Assembly: GCF_006345805.1 (NCBI RefSeq)
Contig: NC_043008.1
Location: forward strand, 7,750,001 to 7,814,000
Source of the DNA: Octopus sinensis
Taxonomy: Eukaryota
Reading direction: 5' to 3'
DNA length: 64,000 nucleotides
Shown here: in pieces, positions 25,848-40,132 of the stretch
Position numbering within the stretch: the first letter of the stretch is position 1
Layout of the letters: each line of letters opens with the position of its first letter
Notes under the pieces: generated by a model
What the model was told of the DNA's origin: nothing
Databases searched by the model: none
The model's input: only the letters and a program-made list of their open reading frames with translations
Made by a program: the position numbers and the translations under genes

Positions 25848-27071
25848 CACGATACTTACAGACACGTTTAGTTAGGCAACCGAAGAGAAAGAAGGAAAAT
25901 GCGATATGTCAAATACATCGTTGGGATTATGGAGACAGATGGATTACCAAAATTATTGCTTTTGTAATATATATGTAATCTTGTCAGAGAAACAGTGTTG
26001 AATACTTTGATGTATCTTACGCTAATAAATAACGTAACTTGAACGGAGTTGTTTCTTTACTACAACTTCGAATCACCGATAATTATTATAATACATGATT
26101 ATATTATTATAATACATTCATAAACACCCATGATCGTACGGCCATATCTCTTTGACTGTTTTACAAAATATAGATCTAAATCGTGTTCTTGGCCGAGGAA
26201 TAATAATCAATATTTATGTGTTGCATAGGTATAATGGATAGCTGTGAATTACCAATATGACAATCATCATCAGTGAGGTGATAAAAGCATAATTATTATC
26301 TACTAGTAGTGAAACCTGTAATTTACTGGGTTCTGTTATGCGAAAACGTGTTTATTGGAAGTATATGCTTTTGTTTTAAATGTATTGTTTTAAATATATC
26401 TTACATAATACAGTTATCTGTTTAAACTAATATAACAATGCTGTGCATTTAACTGTATGTAATTTAAGCATTTTTAAAAGTATAATAATAATAATGATGA
26501 TAATAGTAATAATAATAATGATTATAATAATGAATAATAATAAATAATAATAATAAATATTATTATTGTTGTTGTTGTTGTTATTACTATTATTATCGGT
26601 ATTATTATTACAATAATAATTTTATAAACTAAATATAAATAGCATATACTAATACACATTTTTCAAAAATATATGTTAAGTCAAGGAAGAAAAGAATAAT
26701 AATCAACACATTCGAAATATCCGTATATAAATATAGATATATGAATATCCATATATATAGATCATATATCAATACATATATAAACATATGTATAAATATA
26801 GTACTGACTCTCTCAATAGCTTGGCTAAGAAGGTGAAATTGTATCTGGGTTATACGATATGAAATGTTAGCTCATGGCGCTCTTCTAGGTTGATAATATG
26901 ATAGGAAACTGGAAACGCTAAGGTATAATTTCATGAGAGCTTGCATAATTATTATTTTCCGTCTTTTTATAAGGTGAGACATGCAAGTCAGGCTCAGTAA
27001 TCCTGTTGAGATCGATAATTATAAATACCGCCGAATAGTGTGTGAATTTATATATATGTGTGTGTGTGTGA

Positions 27072-27115
<44 letters not shown>

Positions 27116-28241
27116 CTGTGTGTGTTTAAACAGGTACACTGCCGATTACGACGATGTAGGTTCTAGTTGGTCCGATTCAACGGTGCACCTGAACGTGAAA
27201 GGAACGTGGAAGGGGATGAGCAGTCAATAGACAAGCGTATCTATCTTTGTCGTAGTTCTCAGAGATACCTTATGGTATATACTATATACTACACAGAACA
27301 AATGCGAGCAAGAAAGATAATATTCTTAAGATTATTACATTGGAAAAGATCAAGAGAAGTTATTACATCAGGAAAATTTCGAGAACAAGAAAAATTTTCC
27401 TTAAAATATTGCGGCTAAGGATAAAAAAGAGGTTTCTTCCAACCGTTTATTAAAGACATTTTAAGGAATATATTTATAAGAAAGGCAATTTAGAGGATGA
27501 GGTTTTGTTTCTAAATCCATTACTTGTAATAAAATATAACAGCTGATTTTAAATTATTTAGCAGTCACTTCCTGCGTTCTTTATTTTCTACTTGTTTCTC
27601 AATAATGATATCGGGTACATAATATGCTATGTTAGAGCTTCCATAGTTAAAAACTGAAAATATTTGTAAAATATTATGTAGAATGAAAATAGAGTTGGCT
27701 AATATCTGTATGTATGTCTAAACGTATCTATGTATGTATGTGTGTAAGCATTATGCATGCATGTATGTATATACGCGTCTGAGCTTTGATGATTAATATT
27801 TCATAATGTAGCAATGTGATATAATCTGTTCTTGTAAACGCAGATGAACTGACGGGAGAGTTTAATGTGTTTACGACTGATGTGACGGTTTGTATAAGCT
27901 AGTTTCCAACTTTCATAATTATATCGAAATATATACGTATATCACTTGAGTATTTTCTTATATAATCTAAGTTTCAGTTTATGTTTAATGATGTTTCATT
28001 CTGTGTCCCTGAGACTGTTTTAGTGGCGGTTTCATCCACAGTTACCATAGTGGACTTAATTGAATACTATCGGATTACAATTTGGAATTTTTTATTGTGT
28101 ATGTTTGTGCGGATGAGTGTGTCACACTCTGCTTATCTATACTGATACGAGTAGCAGTTACTTACAGATGGTCGTATTACGAGCTAATTATATAATCAAA
28201 ACTACAAATTTCAAATAATTGAAACTGAAGAGCAGACATAC

Positions 28242-28311
28242 AGTAAGAATTGATTCCATCGATCTTCTTCCCCCGAAGCACGAAATGCCTTAAAAACAGC
28301 ACGCCAGAAGC
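28242..28311 (-). CDS. Candidate 70-nt internal exon of an unidentified host gene
   Basis: TTTTGCAG| ... |GTATGT splice sites; open frame FWRAVFKAFRASGEEDRWNQFL. No homology recognised. Confidence 0.3.
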
Positions 28312-28479
28312 CTGCAAAATCCACAGAGTATTTTGGAAAACTATTGTTATATATCAATGCTTATGAAAATATGAAGTTTGACGTATTCTTGACACAAACA
28401 AGTACATTGGATATATAATTTCCAAATGGAGAATTCTTTCTTGTCATTTACATTAATGATGTTGAAGCATTCCATGGAT

Positions 28480-28775
28480 TACGCCCACGCCCACGAGGGT
28501 TACAGCTGTTCCGATCATGGGAAGAGCCTGCTCGTGAAATTAACGTGTAAGCGGCTGAGCACTCCCCAGGCACCTATACCCTTAATTTAGTCCTGGGCGA
28601 GATTCAGCGTGACACAATGTGTAACAAGGCTGGCCCTTTGTATTACAGGTACAATAGAAACAGGAAAAAAGAGTGAGAAAAAGTTGCCGGAGCCTCGTGG
28701 GGCTTTAAGTGTTTTCTCACGATAAACACTCAAAACACCCAGTGTGGGAATCGAATCCGCGAGTCCGCAGCACCT
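28480..28775 (-). mobile_element. Family-D tRNA-SINE
   Basis: B box GGATTCGATTCCC on the minus strand; the GTGCTCAGCCGCTTACACGTTAATTTCAC segment recurs at ~36945. Confidence 0.6.
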
Positions 28776-29089
28776 CCACATATCAATTATAATAAGATAA
28801 AGAATAGTACACGAAAGTAAGATTAGAAAATCTTTCTGAAAACACAATCTCATTTTATTTCGAATTCAACAAATATAATAATGTTAACCACGAAAATTAT
28901 CCTTGCGTCACAAGGCAAAAATCAATGAACACACAAATGATTTTACAATAGTTACATATTGATCTCATGTAATTTGAACCAATTTACTTTCAAAAAGAGA
29001 ATGCGCACAAAGAAACACATTCACTTCCGTCTAATTAGTAATTCCGTCCAGAACATAATACAAAAGACTAAGGGGTAATTGTTGTCACC

Positions 29090-29660
29090 AGTCTCAGCGG
29101 GAGTGTTCACAACAAGAATGAAATCGATATGGCTCGCAGGATGAGATCCTGTATTCTCAGTACTTTTCAGTCCATAGGGAAATATGTCATCATTTCACAT
29201 TTATCCTTTTTTGTATAGCCACATCTGGTCACCCCACACCAAACAAATCATTACGAGAACTGAGTTACCCCAGAGAGCAACCACTTAAAATATAAAAGGG
29301 ATGGCTGATCTTAATTATTGGGATCTCCTCAAAACATTGACAATTTTACTTTGCAACGCTGCAAAAAGTATCTAATCTACCACAATTATTGCCGAAATTA
29401 TTTTACCATCAAATTCAGAATTCATTCAAAGTTGGGACCACTCACCATACACCTCTACACAATTCAGGCTGGAAACATATAAATGCACTGCAACGCAATT
29501 TCTTTTCCTCCACAAGTCCTGCTCTGTGTAACATTATCCCAGGAAAAAAACAGAGATCCCGCCACTTTCAAAGCAATACCTGGACAGATTTCTTCATACG
29601 ATACCAGATGAGGCAACACTAAAAGAATACATCTCAGTTGATAACTTGGTTCTTGATTGT
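29090..29660 (+). pseudogene. 3' remnant of a CR1/L2-type LINE ORF2
   Basis: IWSPHTKQIITRTELPQRAT (WSP...QRxAT), RNFFSSTSPALCNIIP, FKA-LDRFLHTIPDE, with frameshifts. Confidence 0.7.
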
Positions 29661-30981
29661 GCCATGATACTACAAAATTTGACTTTAACATGACGTGTCA
29701 TTAAGTTCAACATGCTCTGGGCTAATCTTTGTCTTAAACATGTTGGTGTCATTACGATAGACATGACCTGGGTTAATCTTTGGCTATTAAACATCCGAGT
29801 TTTATTTAAGATTTAATGCAAACAGATGTTGTATGATATCGAAGGGAAGTTAAATGCTGCATAATTTGATAACGATGAATTCCTAACTTCCTGGAAAAGT
29901 GGTAGGAATATTTCTGTTACGTTCCGAGGAATTCCTGCAAATTTCCGAGTACATCCGAGGATTTCCTGGAAAGTTTCGAGCAAATTTACTGTGAATTTGT
30001 TGTTATAGGTAGATTTTACTATAATATATGACTAATTTTTGTCTTATTCTATACTACTTTTATAACCTATTTTCAAATTTGTAATTATTGATTAATAATT
30101 AAAAGATGATTTTTTTTAAAAGTAAAAAAACTATTTTAATCGAGTTATTTTCAATTTATCATGAGTGACAAGTAAAAACAAATAGAAGTAATAACTTATA
30201 ATAACATTTTTAGTTTTAATAAAAATTAATATTTTATAAATCTACATATTTTACTTGAAATTTTATCCTTAGCCGCAATATTTTAAGGAAAATTTCTCTT
30301 GTTCTCTACTTTACTAGATGTAATAACTTGTTCTGATCTTTTCCAAGGTTATAATCTTAAGAATATTATCTTTCTTGCTCGCATTTGTTCCATGTAGTAT
30401 ATAATATATACCAAAATGTATGTTTAAATGGTGGTCAACGTCTCATCCGATTATTTCGTAATAAAGAATTATATCTCTAAATTACTATACACTCTTTGAC
30501 ATAGTCTACACAATGACACACACATATGCGCAGGCGCATATTCTTATATTTATGAATGGTTCTCTGTGTGTGTCTCTGTTGTATTTCCTTTGATAATCGG
30601 CAAATTAGGATCATCTGTGTTGTGTACAGTAGCTATAAGCTGCAATGAACTGAGACTACATCATGTATGAATCAATAACCAACAACATCGCCACAAGCTT
30701 TTCTAAATTTAACAATTGTTTAATTCTATAAGTATTGAACTTTCGATAGTTTTGATGTTTTTTCAAGACGTGGAGAGAAAGTTGATATCTTTAAGTTTTG
30801 AAAATGTTTTCAGGTGGATTAATTTCAGCGAAGTTTCCTATTTGAACCAGTCATGAAGATATATCCACATACAAACTTATTCATTACTTTTACATTCATT
30901 GAATTTAGGCCGCGTTGGTACATCTTCATACCGCACATCATGATACAAAAATGTACACACACACTCATATATATATATATA

Positions 30982-31197
30982 CGAGGCTGAGGCTGGAAAC
31001 TACCTGGCTCTAAGTTTATCGTGAAAGGCCTGGCTGCAGGCCCAACTTTCCTAGTTATGTTACAGGGCTAAGAAATACTGAAGCATCACTGCAATAAGTG
31101 TATTTATCTGAGATGAGGATATCTTGAACAAAATTATAATTAACTAATCCTCCTCTGTTTTCTTCTACCCAAAGCCAGGAAGTTTCCACCCCACTCG
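30982..31197. mobile_element. Tc1/mariner-type MITE (216 bp)
   Basis: TA|CGAGGCTGAGGCTGGAAACTACCTGGCT ... AGCCAGGAAGTTTCCACCCCACTCG|TA: ~28-bp imperfect TIRs and TA TSD. Confidence 0.75.
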
Positions 31198-31229
31198 TAT
31201 ATCTATATCTGTCTATCAATCTCTACTTC

Positions 31230-31274
<45 letters not shown>

Positions 31275-31309
31275 GTATATATGTATGTATGTATACATAA
31301 GTATAAAAG

Positions 31310-31430
31310 ATCGTGGGTAAGGCCAAAAGAATGCGAAGTAAATGCAAGGTAAGTCTACATCAATTCATATATTTGTTTTCTTGTTGTTTACGTTGTATTT
31401 ACTTCGCATTGTTTTGGCCTTACACCCGAT
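31310..31430. repeat. Short fold-back/MITE-like element, ~38-bp arms
   Basis: GTAAGGCCAAAAGAATGCGAAGTAAATGCAA versus TTGTATTTACTTCGCATTGTTTTGGCCTTAC. Confidence 0.75.
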
Positions 31431-31514
31431 TTATCAAACAATATATACTACACAATGTTTCACAATAATTATTCCATTATACTATATATAAACATACATA
31501 CATACACACATATT

Positions 31515-31596
<82 letters not shown>

Positions 31597-31606
31597 TGTG
31601 TGTGTG

Positions 31607-31646
<40 letters not shown>

Positions 31647-31649
31647 CAT

Positions 31650-31815
31650 AGGCACAACTGGCCTCTACACATTTTCTATCTGCTGAATTCACCGACGAAA
31701 TCTTTTGGGAGCCTTAAGTAGAAGACACATGCCTAAGATGTTGCACAGTTGGATTGAACTATAACTTCATGTTTGCCAACCAGCTTTCTTAACTACACTG
31801 GAATAGCTGTGCCTC
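31650..31815 (-). mobile_element. 5' half of family-B SINE, diverged
   Basis: GTAGAAGACACATGCCTAAGATG...GGATTGAAC matches the family-B head in reverse. Confidence 0.55.
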
Positions 31816-32599
31816 GAAACTTCTAAACAAACGATTTCTCTTTCAATACATACTGAAATGTCCTTTGGGAAATTTTGCAATTTGTAGATATGAGTAATTT
31901 AGATTCACTTTCCCCAAGATATCAATTTGGTATAGAGAAAAACGCGGGCTTTACAATATTCACCATCTGGTACCATACTTCGTATGCATCCATAACTTAT
32001 TCAAATATGACAAAGCTGCAAACTCTGTTCAGTCTTAGGTCAAAGTATCTCGGATATTGGGAGGGAATCTATCGAAGCTCAAGCTAGTGAAACTTCAGCA
32101 TGTATCCGTATTTTTCACTTGATATACATCATGAAATACTCTTTCACAGGAAGCAATCAGCTAAAAACATATACTGTAAATAAGAGACTACCGGTTAACG
32201 GCCTATTTCTAAATGTATACATCGTCTTTCCAATGCGGAACAAAATATACAGTGTAATCTCTCTACATCATTTCATATATATATGTTATTAAAAGCCCGA
32301 TATATTGTTATGGTGTTAACGCTATTCTGATGTAGCAGCGACAAATTTTGTTTGGTTTTCTTCTCTGCATCCGTTTTCATTTCATGTCGTTCGTTTGTTG
32401 TCATTTTGTTGGAAGATATTCAGTTTTAATATCAGGTGCTATATCCGTTTCATGTTTGTGTTTTTATAATGTCGATCTTGGTGAATTTATTACCGATCTC
32501 TCGTTTATTTCCCCACCGCAATCATAAAAAGAGCAAAATCGATAGGATGTTAATTGGTTTTCATTGACGAACGTTGAAAATACTTAGGACATTTAATAA

Positions 32600-32830
32600 T
32601 TATAAAAGTACTACTAATACTACTACTATTATTATTACTACTAATACAACTACTACTACAACAACTACTACCATTACTACTACTACTACTAATACTACAA
32701 TTACTACTACTACTACTACTGCTACCACTTCTACTTCTACTACTACTACTGCTACGGCTACCATCACCACCACCACTACCACCATCAGCACTACTACTGA
32801 TGATGATGATGGTAGTAATAACAATAATAA
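32600..32830. repeat. Compound (ACT/ACC/GAT/AAT)n microsatellite
   Basis: Direct trinucleotide repeats. Confidence 0.9.
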
Positions 32831-32840
32831 TAATCCTCTC

Positions 32841-33032
32841 TTCTATAGATACAAGGCCTAAAATTTGTTGGGAGATCACAGTGTTTCACTGGTACTTCAT
32901 TCGTCGACCCGAGAGGATGAGCGGCAAAGTGGACCACCGCGGAACTTGAACTCAGAACGCAGTGACAAGCGAAATACTGCTAAAGAACTTTGTCCTGCGT
33001 GCTAACGATTCTGCCAGCTCACCTTATTATTA

Positions 33033-33072
<40 letters not shown>

Positions 33073-33102
33073 AATATGATTATTATCATTATTATTAATA
33101 TG

Positions 33103-33165
<63 letters not shown>

Positions 33166-33293
33166 ATGATTATCATTATTATTAATATGATTATTATTAT
33201 TAATATGATTATTATTATTATTAATATGATTATCATTATTATTATTAATATGATTATTATTATTATTAATATGATTATCATTGTTATTATTAA

Positions 33294-33338
<45 letters not shown>

Positions 33339-33545
33339 TATAATTATTACTATTAATAATAATAATAAGGTGAGCTGGCAGAATCGCTAGCACGCAGGAC
33401 GTAGTTCTTAGCGGTATTTCGCTTGTCACTGCGTTCTGAGTTCAAGTTCCGTGGTGGTCGAGATTGCCGCTCATCCTCACGGGTCGATGAATTAAGTACC
33501 AGGAAAGCCCTGTGCTCAATGTGATCAACATACCCTCACCCAAAC
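32841..33545. mobile_element. Head-to-head pair of family-A SINEs (32841-33025 minus; 33367-33545 plus) separated by (ATT)n
   Basis: Both start AAGGTGAGCTGGCAGAATCG and share variants absent from other copies in the window. Confidence 0.88.
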
Positions 33546-33853
33546 AAATTTAAATATATTTATTTATATATTTATATATGAAATCATATGATCTGCAGTG
33601 AATCTGTTTTTAAAAATCTCGCTTCGTGAGTTGCATTCCATCGCGTTCGCTACAGTGAGTTTATTATGATAGTCTTGAATTTAAGAGTCCCTCCTAGCAT
33701 GATGCATTCATATATAGTAATGGCCTTAATATAAATAAATATATTTAAAGGCAATAATTAATAAATGTTTCCCTTATGAAGTTTTTCACGCTAACGACTT
33801 CAACTTCATCATTTATTATAAAGATCATATATATATATATATATACACACACC

Positions 33854-33952
<99 letters not shown>

Positions 33953-34659
33953 TTATAGGAGAATAACACATGACTAATGTTAATATTAGTGATAGTATTA
34001 GTATTTTACTATGAGCACACTTGACGGGCTCGATTCACCTAACATTTAGAGGACTTTTCCGTAATGATTCCAAGTGGAAAATGTTCCAGTGAACCTAGGA
34101 ATATGATTGGGATTTTAATTTGTTTATATTTTTGTTTATTTAATTGGGAAATAGTTTCTCATGGGTAAATAACTGAACATTTGTTTTCAACCATTCTCAC
34201 ACAAAATAAATTATTTTGTGTCAAAGTCTGAGCCGAAAGGTAACGGACCGCACCTAATATGTTTTAACAATCAGTAATTAGAGATTAAATAACACGATAA
34301 TTAACTCCGCAGCTGGGTATACTTATTTGAGAAGAAAGACATATTGAAAACATGAACAATTTAAATGATGAGATTAATAATAACAACATAAATATCAGTA
34401 ATTGGACACACATCATGAAGCTCAGTAATGAATGAAGAGTTCAATTGAAAAGTAATTTTATTCGCAAAGAGAATTAACTGGCTAGAAATAGGTTTCTTCT
34501 CTTTTTTTCTTTTTTGTTTGGTCTACAACGACGGAAGCTACATTCTATGAATATTTATAAATGCGGGGCGTACGCGTTTCTGGGAACCGTAAACCCTAGT
34601 GACAAATACAGGAAGACCGATAGAGTTTCACGATTCTGCCGGTGTAACAATGGAACAGT

Positions 34660-35040
<381 letters not shown>

Positions 35041-36525
35041 TATAACTAATCGTGTAAACGATCTATACGTCGATTATTGTGGTGTTAAATTCGGTGATGA
35101 AGACAAACATTGGGTTCCACACAATGTATGTCGCACTTGTGTGGAAGAGCTGAGAATCTGCAAAGCCGGTAAGAAAAGAGAAATGCTCTTTGGGATACAA
35201 ATGGTCTGGCGAGAGTCGAGTAACCACGTTGACGGTTGTTATTTCCGCATTACTAAAGTTGATGGGTGCAATGCAAAAATATAAACATAACACAGTCATC
35301 ATAGTATTCCCTCGGCTATACAGCCTATTTCACATGGAGTTTATATTCCATTTTCTCATCCAGCACTTGTTTTGAAGAATGTTATATCAGATAGTAATGA
35401 AGAGGACGAATACGAAGAAGAATGTGATGATTACTCTCCTGAAAAATCCGCAGTTATTTACACAGAAGGGGCGCAATGATTTGGTGAGAGTTTTGAACCT
35501 ACCAGAGAATGTAGCGGAATTTCTTGGTTCGAGGCTTAAAATGAAAAAGGTTTTGTTACCGGGATACTTTTTCTCGTGGTATCGTCACAGGAAAGACGAG
35601 TCGTTATCATTCTTTGCTGAGGATGGATCAATGGGTTGCTGTTCTAATATTCCAAACCTGTTAAACTATTTGGAGATCGAGAGAAATCCCTCAGAATTGA
35701 AACCGTTCATTTATTCTTCCAAAAGGAGTTTGAAGGCTGTCTTGCTACACAATGCAAATAAGTATTCATCCATTCCAATGGGACATTCTATAAACTAGAG
35801 GAGACGTATAAATATAAAGTATGTAGAATACTACAGGCAAATGTGTGGAGATTTCAAAATTATAGGCATTCGTTTACGCTAGCAGGCAGGCTACACAAAC
35901 ATTCCATGTTTCGTATGTAAATGGAACACAGAGCTAAAGAAAAGCATTAGATGGATAAAAACTGGTCACAAAGGAGACGTTGGTTACCTGGATTCAAATT
36001 ATTTGGTACGAACCCTTGATTGAACCTACAAAATTACTGCTACTACCTTCGCACATCAAACTGCTTTTGATAAAGCAGTTCGTTAAATCTTCGCCTGCAG
36101 ATAGGCCACAGTTTGTAGTATTTCTGAGAAAAATATCTAAATATAACCAGTGAGAAAATAAAAGCAGGACTATTTGTTGGTCTTGACATTCGTAAACTAA
36201 CGAAAGACCCATGAATGAATCTCAAAAATATACATAGATGAGCTTCAGGTGTATTGTCGGGAAAACTTTGAGAACCAATAGGTGTTCAAATTACGAAATC
36301 ATAGTTAATAATATGCTGTAAAACTTCAAAATGCTTGCGTGCAACATGAGTGTTAAAATGCTCTTTCTCCACTCACACCTTGAATATTTCCCGAAGAATC
36401 TTGGCAATTTCATTGAAGAGCATGGTGAGAAATTTCACCAGGATATTAAAGAAATGGAGCGGAGCTACCAGGGGAGATGGAATGTAAACATGATGGCGGA
36501 TTACATCTGGAGTCTAAAGTGAATG
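35041..36525 (+). pseudogene. Decayed Chapaev3-like DNA transposase
   Basis: GVKFGDEDKHWVPHNVCRTC, MVWRESSNHVDGCYF, PQLFTQ..NDLVR, SSKRSLKAVLLHN, CGDFK, LLPSHIK, GLFVGLDIRKL, HFLHSH-like LFLHSHLEYFP, EEHGEKFHQDIKEMERSYQGRW; many stops and frameshifts. Superfamily assigned from remembered motifs, not a search. Confidence 0.8.
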
Positions 36526-36899
36526 CATGCAGCAACCAAAAGCAGGAAGGAAATCGCAGAAAAGGAAATTTTAAAAGGTATAAAACTACTTTAAAACCAT
36601 GGTAAGTGCATTAGAAATACATATTTAGTCAATATGGAAACCTACATACATTATTCATATTATTTTTATTATTGTTCTAGTCGTTTGTTCTTGATTTCAT
36701 CTTACTTTTATCTAAGAATCCGCCAGAAAACGGAATGATTGGCAAGAAAAATCCTCATATTTGCGCAAAATATGTACGTGATAGGCAAAAACTTGAAACA
36801 TTTGAATTCATCATTAAAACATTATCCATAATTGCCAATAAGTAGACAATCATCATTCATTTCATTTAAAAAGTTAGACTTGTCTAATCTAACTCCTGG

Positions 36900-37012
36900 T
36901 TTGGAACTAAGACTACGGTAAAGGTATGCGAGTCTGTAGAGTGCTCAACCACATGCACCTTAATTTCACAAATCAACTGGAACCCGCCTCGTTAAAACCG
37001 ACGGAGTGCCAA
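36900..37012 (+). mobile_element. 3' fragment of family-D SINE
   Basis: GAGTGCTCAACCACATGCACCTTAATTTCAC matches 28540-28565 in reverse. Confidence 0.55.
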
Positions 37013-37811
37013 GGGAAGGTCTCTTCTTAAAGAAATATCTACTGAATACATTACAGTTGTAATGGGATTAATTGTTTTGTAGTATGCAAAAGTATAGTAA
37101 TATATTTTAGTAATCCTTAATAATGCAGTTGATGAGTACACTTGATAATGAAGGGGCATTATTCGCTTACTATAATATACTTTTTTCCCATTGTCACTAT
37201 ATAATGCATACTTCCCAAATACCTCATATGTAGAGCACCGCCTATTATTGTCAATAATCTGTCCAGATAAGTGTGAGCTTAGTCTTCTGTTTTGACATAT
37301 CTTCCAGCATCTTACATACAACTATCCGAGGCACAGGTGCTATTGTTCCTGTTCATTCGAAAACGTGTGTCTATGTATATGCGTATGTACATGTGAGTGA
37401 GAGAGAAAGAGAGAGAGAGGGAGATAAGTCGTTGCATACGCAGTCACATATAAATGGACTCGCCTACACTCACATTATGCTTCTTCAATGCAATATCAGC
37501 ATTTCTACTTTCCAAACTTCACGAAATATTTCCTATTTTTTTTCTTTTTGCTTATTCTGTCAGTTCTCCAAACTTGAAATCAATGGCTTTTGGAGTGGGG
37601 ATTTATGCACCACAGTTTTATACATAAAACGAGATAAGAAAGGAAATATAATGTCTAACAAGACACTTATCAGCTGAGACTCACACAATAAGATATCATA
37701 TATTCAGAATGTTTGGATATATAAGTCGCAAATCACACTTTTTCCCGCTCTAGACCATACTTCCAGGTGGTAACCAAAGTCGTAATTCATACGTCTAGCA
37801 GTGGTTCTAAC

Positions 37812-37911
37812 CTGATATTTTTGGGGGACAACACCTTTTTTCATGTCATTCCCAAAATATGTCAACACTTCGTTTCTAACAAAATTAGGAATATTCTGTC
37901 TACTGTCAGTG
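37812..37911 (-). CDS. Candidate 100-nt internal exon of an unidentified host gene
   Basis: TTTATTTCTCACAG| ... CAG|GTTAGA; open frame TDSRQNIPNFVRNEVLTYFGNDMKKGVVPQKYQ. Confidence 0.35.
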
Positions 37912-38358
37912 CTGTGAGAAATAAATGGCAACAAATTCGTTTTGAAACGTGAAGCAACAATTCCTCATGTTTACACACGTAAATATTATCTTGTTTCTTC
38001 TTAGTTCCTTTAATGTCTAAACCCCACCCTCCACCCCGTCTAACGGCACTTTTTCTTCTAACACTGACAACACAATTTTCATCCAATCGTTTTTTGTTTG
38101 TGACTTTTTTTAGAATACTCAAACATATGCCACGGGCAATTTCGTTGCCATACATTTTCTGTAAAATTTTATTCACAAATCTTGAGCAGTTGTTAAGTTC
38201 ATATACAAAGTTGTTTTACTAAATGATATTCGTGTGCTGAAAGCAGTTTACAACGTATGTAACAAAAGTACCATAACTCACACAATGATTTATGTCAGAC
38301 CAAATAATTTATACAAAGGTGTTCAAATATAAATAACTCAATCATCGCAGAAAATAAA

Positions 38359-38773
38359 GGCGCAGGAGTGGCTGTGTGGTAAGTAGCTTGCTAACCAACC
38401 ACATGGTTCCGGGTTCAGTCCCACTGCGTGGCATCTTGGGCAAGTGACTTCTGCTATAACCCCGGGCCGACCAATGCCTTGTGAGTGGATTTGGTAGACG
38501 GAAACTGAAAGAAGCCTGTCGTATATATGTATATAAGCCTGTCGTATATATGTATATATATATGTATGTGTGTGTGTGTTTGTGTGTTTGTGTGTCTGTG
38601 TTTGTCCCCCTAGCATTGCTTGACAACCGATGCTGGTGTGTGTTTACGTCCCCGTCACTTAGCGGTTCGGCAAAAGAGACCGATAGAATAAGTACTGGGC
38701 TTACAAAAAATAAGTCCCGGGGTCGATTTGGCCGCAGTCAAATGACTGAAACAAGTAAAAGAGTAAAAGAGTA
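38359..38773 (+). mobile_element. Family-B tRNA/CORE-type SINE (OR-like), full length
   Basis: GGCGCAGGAGTGGCTGTGTGG head, GGTTCAGTCCC B box, CORE-like CTTGGGCAAGTG, internal (TA)n(TG)n, (GTAAAAGA)n tail. Confidence 0.93.
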
Positions 38774-40005
38774 ACAATCAACCAAAACAATCACACGTTT
38801 TCATACACAACATCGTGTACTATTTGCCGAACCGCTAAGTTACAGATACGTAAACATATTAAACAGAGTACCAGCAACTAAGAGAGCGACATTCCTATAT
38901 ATATATGCTATCAAGTAATTGTTCCTGATTCTTTTTCTTCTCATTTAACGATCGAGCCTCTACGTGGTCACTTAGCCAGCGAGAAAGCGCAACTAAATTC
39001 CAGTACGATTCATCAAAATAATTTTATTAGTCAATGTATTCTGCGTTATACAAAAACAGGATGGTCACGGATGGAAGCAATAGATTAGGAATCAGATCAA
39101 GTGTGATATGAAAGGAGAAAAAACCTATTAATTTAATCAGGGGTCAATCATAAATATGAAAAAAATTCCTGATCTTATAACTCCACAATTACCACAAAAT
39201 CCTATTATCTACAAAATTAAGAAGATAAAAGAAAACATATAACTGGTGCAATATACAAGCTCACATCTACAATCCTTAAACATATTGCATTATTTCCATG
39301 CTTGCTTCCAATACATATACAGACGTTCCTGATGATGCAACACAAATCAGTTTTAAATTAAGAAGATAACACTATTGAAGACATCAACAAAAATAAGATT
39401 ACGCTCTTTGAAGAGAGAAACATATCATTTCCAAAGATAATTCAAGGCACCAGTATTTGTCAATATAGCATAACTTCACACATTAATTATAGTCAACCTT
39501 GGCAGAACCAATCACAGAATCCTCCTAGGAAAGTTAATTTCAAAAACTATTTCGCAATGGTCTTGTTAAAAACACCCAGGAGTAAATACATCAAATAAAA
39601 AAAAGTAATGTGTTGAAAGCTATTTTAGTTCAATATATAATCAACGAAGTTCAATATATTCTTAATTTTCATGAATGATTGACATTAATGTGTAACTTCG
39701 TTAAACAATATTTACTTTAATTAATATGAATGCATTAAAATATACACAAATTTAAACACAACGTTCATATGCATTTAAATAAGTGTAATTATTCAGTTTG
39801 TTCAGGTCGAGCGATTTTCTTTTCCTTGTGTAACCGACACAATTAGCGCGGACGGGTGTATGTGTGTGTGTGTGCTTATGCGAGTAAATGTGTGTGTATG
39901 CGTGGGCGAGCACGTATGTAAGTTTCTCAGCATATATTCGTGTGTGTATTCCTGTGCGTTTGTGTTTGCATATATGTATGTGTGTTTTTATGTATGTATA
40001 TAATA

Positions 40006-40082
<77 letters not shown>

Positions 40083-40083
40083 G

Positions 40084-40132
<49 letters not shown>

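Larger units (their letters stand above)
27273..30413. mobile_element. ~3.1-kb region bounded by ~155-bp inverted repeats (27273-27428 / 30261-30413); possible long-TIR DNA transposon with nested insertions
   Basis: GAACAAATGCGAGCAAGAAAGATAATATTCTTAAG...TTAAAATATTGCGGCTAAGGATAAAA recurs in reverse complement; no clear TSD. Confidence 0.55.
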
